From an uncultured cyanobacterium (GTDB lineage: Bacteria; Cyanobacteriota; Cyanobacteriia; Phormidesmidales; Phormidesmidaceae): a DNA stretch of 64,000 nt. The notes under the pieces were generated by a model. The model searched no databases, was not told the origin of the DNA, and saw only the letters and a list, made by a program, of their open reading frames with translations. A program made the position numbers and the translations under genes. This document shows positions 61,153 through 64,000 of this stretch, piece after piece (positions within the stretch are counted from its first letter, which is position 1; the number at the start of each line of letters is the position of its first letter). Location: contig CAWBZI010000006.1 in NCBI GenBank assembly GCA_963793265.1, positions 768,001 through 832,000 of the forward strand. Reading direction: 5' to 3'.

Positions 61153-64000
61153 TTATTGAGAAGGAAAATGAGCTAGCACGTAGCTTTGGGTCGCCTGGGC
61201 GGTGGTTAACTCGCCATTTAGCGTTAGATGGTGCACTGTGGTTAGGATGTCTCGAAACTGTGGGCCAGGCTTGTAGCCAAGCTGCTTGAGCACGTCACCA
61301 TTGAGGAGGGGCGGCTGATGGCTAAGCTGAACTATATATTGCCAAATCTGAGGGCCTAGTGTGTAGGGGTGGCGATCGCTCATAAGTAGCAATTCCGACT
61401 GCCCATATTTCTTCAGCAGGCGATAGATTTCGCTGGGCTTCTCCGCATTGGGCAACTGTTTAAGCAGATCGGCTTCCCACAGATGGAGGTGCTTGAGGCG
61501 TTGCTGGCTTTGGGTATCTAGGTGCAGATTAGCCGCGGTGAGCGCACGCGCAGAAGGCTCTAGTTGAGCAATGATTAGCTCTAGCAACATCAACCACTGG
61601 GGCGCTACTGCAGCTAAATAGCTATCGTCAGAATTGACATCAAACTTATTGAGCCAGCGAGTCATTCGTCGGAGCTGTCGCCATATAGCAGGCGTCATTT
61701 CTAAAGAGCTGTGCAGACAGGCAAGCGCGCCCAGCCGAGAGATTTTAGTCAACGAAGCCTCCCAGTGATCAGCGGACAGCAAGTACCTCAGCTCTGCTTT
61801 TAGCCGAGTTTGGAGTGCGGGCGCTTTAGCCTCGTTCGCCTGAGTTTGTTCATACACGCCGCTACTAATGGCGTAGCGGATAAACGTCTCAGTTTGAGAA
61901 TCGATTGAGAAGCCTAATCGCACTGCAAACCGCACTGCTCGAAAAATGCGTGTGGGATCTTCAATGAAGCTATTGGAATGAAGCACACGTATCTGACGCT
62001 GCTGTAAATCTAGCCAGCCGCCGAAGAAGTCTAAGAGCTGTCCCTGCTGTGCACCGTCTCCACTGCCACAATTAAGGCGAATAGCCATGGCATTGAGTGC
62101 AAAGTCACGGCGGTAAAGATCTTGGCGAATGGTACTCGCTTCAACCTCTGGATTAGCGGCTGGGTAGGGATAAAATTCTGTTCGCGCCGTTGCAATATCA
62201 AGCAGGAGTGGATCGTCAGAGCCTACTGAGTGCCAAATTAGCGCAGCCGTTTGGAACTTGCCATGAACTTGAAGCTCGACCTGAGAATAGCGCTGTTGAA
62301 TAGCTTCGGCTAGCGCGACACCAGCTCCTTCGCCTGCCCCATCTACCACTAAATCGATATCCGTTAGCGGGTGAGACTCACGGGCTGAATCTGGCACGAG
62401 ATCGAGCAGTAGATCGCGCACGCCACCGCCTACTAGATAAATCGCCCAGCCTTTTTGATCAGCAATATCAGCTATCAGCATGAGCGCTGGCCATATTTCC
62501 GAAAGGCGCGCTTCGAGCTGTTGAAAGAGCGTTTGAGCTGAGGGCGGACGGCTCAGAGAAGAGGGACGATAGATGGAGGTTGCAGGCGCGTCTTCTAGAT
62601 CGCGTGACGATTTGACAGTCACTTCAGGACGTGGGCCCTCGACACTGTTGTGGTCTTGATGTGCTTGATGAAGCTGTCTGAGCAGGTCTGTTCTGGTGAC
62701 AATGCCGACCAGCCGACCCTGGTCGAGCACTGGCAATCGACCGATGTCATAGGTCGTCATCAGGTCTTGAATGTCGGTTACAAAAGTCTGTGGCTCTATA
62801 CTCTTTATCTGACGGCTCATACAGCCTGTAACAGGCGCGTGGCCTAAACCATGGCGAAGCGACACGTCAATATCGCGACGGGAGATCAGGCCGAGCAGTT
62901 TGCCTGACTCGTCAACAACGCAAAGGCCCGTGTGGCCGTAGCGCAATAAGATGCGTTGCGCTTCGTCTATAGACGTTTTGGGTAATACGGTACGCACAGG
63001 TGAGGACATAATCAACCGGGCGCTTGGCGGCTGAGGCACCTGATCGCGCACTGCCTTTAGAGCAGATTCAAACAGGTCGTTGATGGCTGCTTCATCTGTA
63101 TCTAAGACGGCTGAGGCTGCCTGGGCATGACCGCCGCCGCCTAAGGCTTCAAAAATTGGGCTGAGATCGATACTGCTTTGGGGCAGCAGTGGATTGGCGT
63201 GCGATCGCCCAATTACCACAGCCTTATAGGTCTGCTTTTGAGCCTGCTGCGTCTCTTTTACATACATCGCGCTCAGCAAAAGCGTATCTAGATTGAGCAT
63301 CGCGATTAGATGTTCTGTTAGCCCAGAGAGCCCTGGGACGAAGTGAGCTGTCTTCAGCTGCACCCAGCCTAGATAATGGCCCCGCACATGCTCCGTCTGG
63401 ATAGCATCTAGCGCTTCACTCAGCAAAGACTGTAGCTTTGGCGATAGCCCAGGTTCTCTGTTATCGGCGATAACCTGTTGGTTCGCGCCCTGACGCATCA
63501 GCCAGGCGAGTGCTTCAGCGTCGCGAACTGTCGCCTGCTCAAATCCGAGAGAGCCTGTATCGCTGTGAATACCTAAGGCCATCACTGTCGCCTCAGAAGA
63601 GTTGATGGGAATAGATTGCAATCGCAATGCTTCCGTAATCAAGGTTGTAGCTGCACCTACCGCCTCTAGATGGGCCTCCGCTGAGGGCAATTCAGCGAGT
63701 TGGTCTGAGGACTCTGAACTGTTATCTAAGTCGTGGTGATCGTAGACGTAGATAGGTAGGTTCAACTGTTTGGCTTGGGTAAACCAATCGCTGACAGGGG
63801 AGAAGCGATCGGGGCTACTGGCATCTACTAGCGTGAGCGATCGCACGTGATCAAAATCTACCGCCTTGCGATCAATCAGCGGATATTCATCTCGCCAAAT
63901 AGCGAGAAACGACTGCACCGTTGGATGAGCCCCGCCGGTGAGCACAATGCGGCTACCCGGACGAAGCAAAGCCGCACCCACCGCCGCGCCTAGCGTGTCA
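61153..64000 (-). CDS. tRNA nucleotidyltransferase with DHH and CBS domains (A-adding type); 5' end outside the window
   Basis: Frame is open to 64000 (..DTLGAAVG); YDHH, GIHSDTGS, GGGH, two CBS domains, VGGGVRD, DIDLVV, DLYRRDF, EDPTRIFRAVRF. Confidence 0.92.
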   Translation of the reverse strand, partial: DTLGAAVGAALLRPGSRIVLTGGAHPTVQSFLAIWRDEYPLIDRKAVDFDHVRSLTLVDASSPDRFSPVSDWFTQAKQLNLPIYVYDHHDLDNSSESSDQLAELPSAEAHLEAVGAATTLITEALRLQSIPINSSEATVMALGIHSDTGSLGFEQATVRDAEALAWLMRQGANQQVIADNREPGLSPKLQSLLSEALDAIQTEHVRGHYLGWVQLKTAHFVPGLSGLTEHLIAMLNLDTLLLSAMYVKETQQAQKQTYKAVVIGRSHANPLLPQSSIDLSPIFEALGGGGHAQAASAVLDTDEAAINDLFESALKAVRDQVPQPPSARLIMSSPVRTVLPKTSIDEAQRILLRYGHTGLCVVDESGKLLGLISRRDIDVSLRHGLGHAPVTGCMSRQIKSIEPQTFVTDIQDLMTTYDIGRLPVLDQGRLVGIVTRTDLLRQLHQAHQDHNSVEGPRPEVTVKSSRDLEDAPATSIYRPSSLSRPPSAQTLFQQLEARLSEIWPALMLIADIADQKGWAIYLVGGGVRDLLLDLVPDSARESHPLTDIDLVVDGAGEGAGVALAEAIQQRYSQVELQVHGKFQTAALIWHSVGSDDPLLLDIATARTEFYPYPAANPEVEASTIRQDLYRRDFALNAMAIRLNCGSGDGAQQGQLLDFFGGWLDLQQRQIRVLHSNSFIEDPTRIFRAVRFAVRLGFSIDSQTETFIRYAISSGVYEQTQANEAKAPALQTRLKAELRYLLSADHWEASLTKISRLGALACLHSSLEMTPAIWRQLRRMTRWLNKFDVNSDDSYLAAVAPQWLMLLELIIAQLEPSARALTAANLHLDTQSQQRLKHLHLWEADLLKQLPNAEKPSEIYRLLKKYGQSELLLMSDRHPYTLGPQIWQYIVQLSHQPPLLNGDVLKQLGYKPGPQFRDILTTVHHLTLNGELTTAQATQSYVLAHFPSQ

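Larger units (their letters stand above)
344..63844. repeat. Dispersed HIP1 palindrome GCGATCGC, roughly 60 copies
   Basis: Counted by eye (for example 344, 2750, 28890, 33127, 35300, 42216, 48817, 63837); about 1 copy is expected by chance in 64 kb. Confidence 0.95.

Noticed and set aside
1..64000. Mobile elements, prophage, defence islands, tRNA/rRNA
   Set aside because: No transposase, integrase, phage or cas ORFs and no tRNA or rRNA signatures seen; HIP1 sites occur across most of the window.

Overview
Core-genome region of a cyanobacterium (about 50% GC, roughly 60 HIP1 GCGATCGC sites counted by eye; the gene content fits a Leptolyngbya/Synechococcus PCC 7335-like organism, which is an inference). 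It carries about 58 protein genes. These include the der-ecfT-chorismate enzyme-pipX-pipY-sepF-proC-DUF3086 block, an Rrf2-cysK-dnaJ block, an SLH porin with a decayed tandem copy, ycf39/petM/pdxA, and a complete PatA-CheY-CheW-MCP(3xGAF)-CheA-CheW phototaxis-type operon. Further right are pheS, surE, ribF, phoX, tenA, smpB, sigF(sigJ), prfB (programmed frameshift), ybeY-dgkA-trpG, a frameshifted pepP, amiC, trxA-yfr1-guaB, ktrA, anmK, spkA, pphA, an ABC1 kinase and a tRNA nucleotidyltransferase. I saw no rRNA, tRNA, CRISPR array, IS or prophage. The most notable unannotated signals are: (1) a ~240-nt structured RNA downstream of ycf39 with a 10-nt Shine-Dalgarno, a 23-aa ORF folded into a 125-nt rod, and its own terminator; (2) a G-to-C skew flip centred on HIP1 sites regardless of gene strand; (3) a soluble MCP with two DXCF cyanobacteriochrome GAFs behind a SigJ/SigF-type promoter box; (4) a CymR-like Rrf2 tail (MYYI) next to cysK; (5) a soluble protein ending in a Psb34-like motif; (6) Yfr1 together with a perfect target site on the porin RBS.
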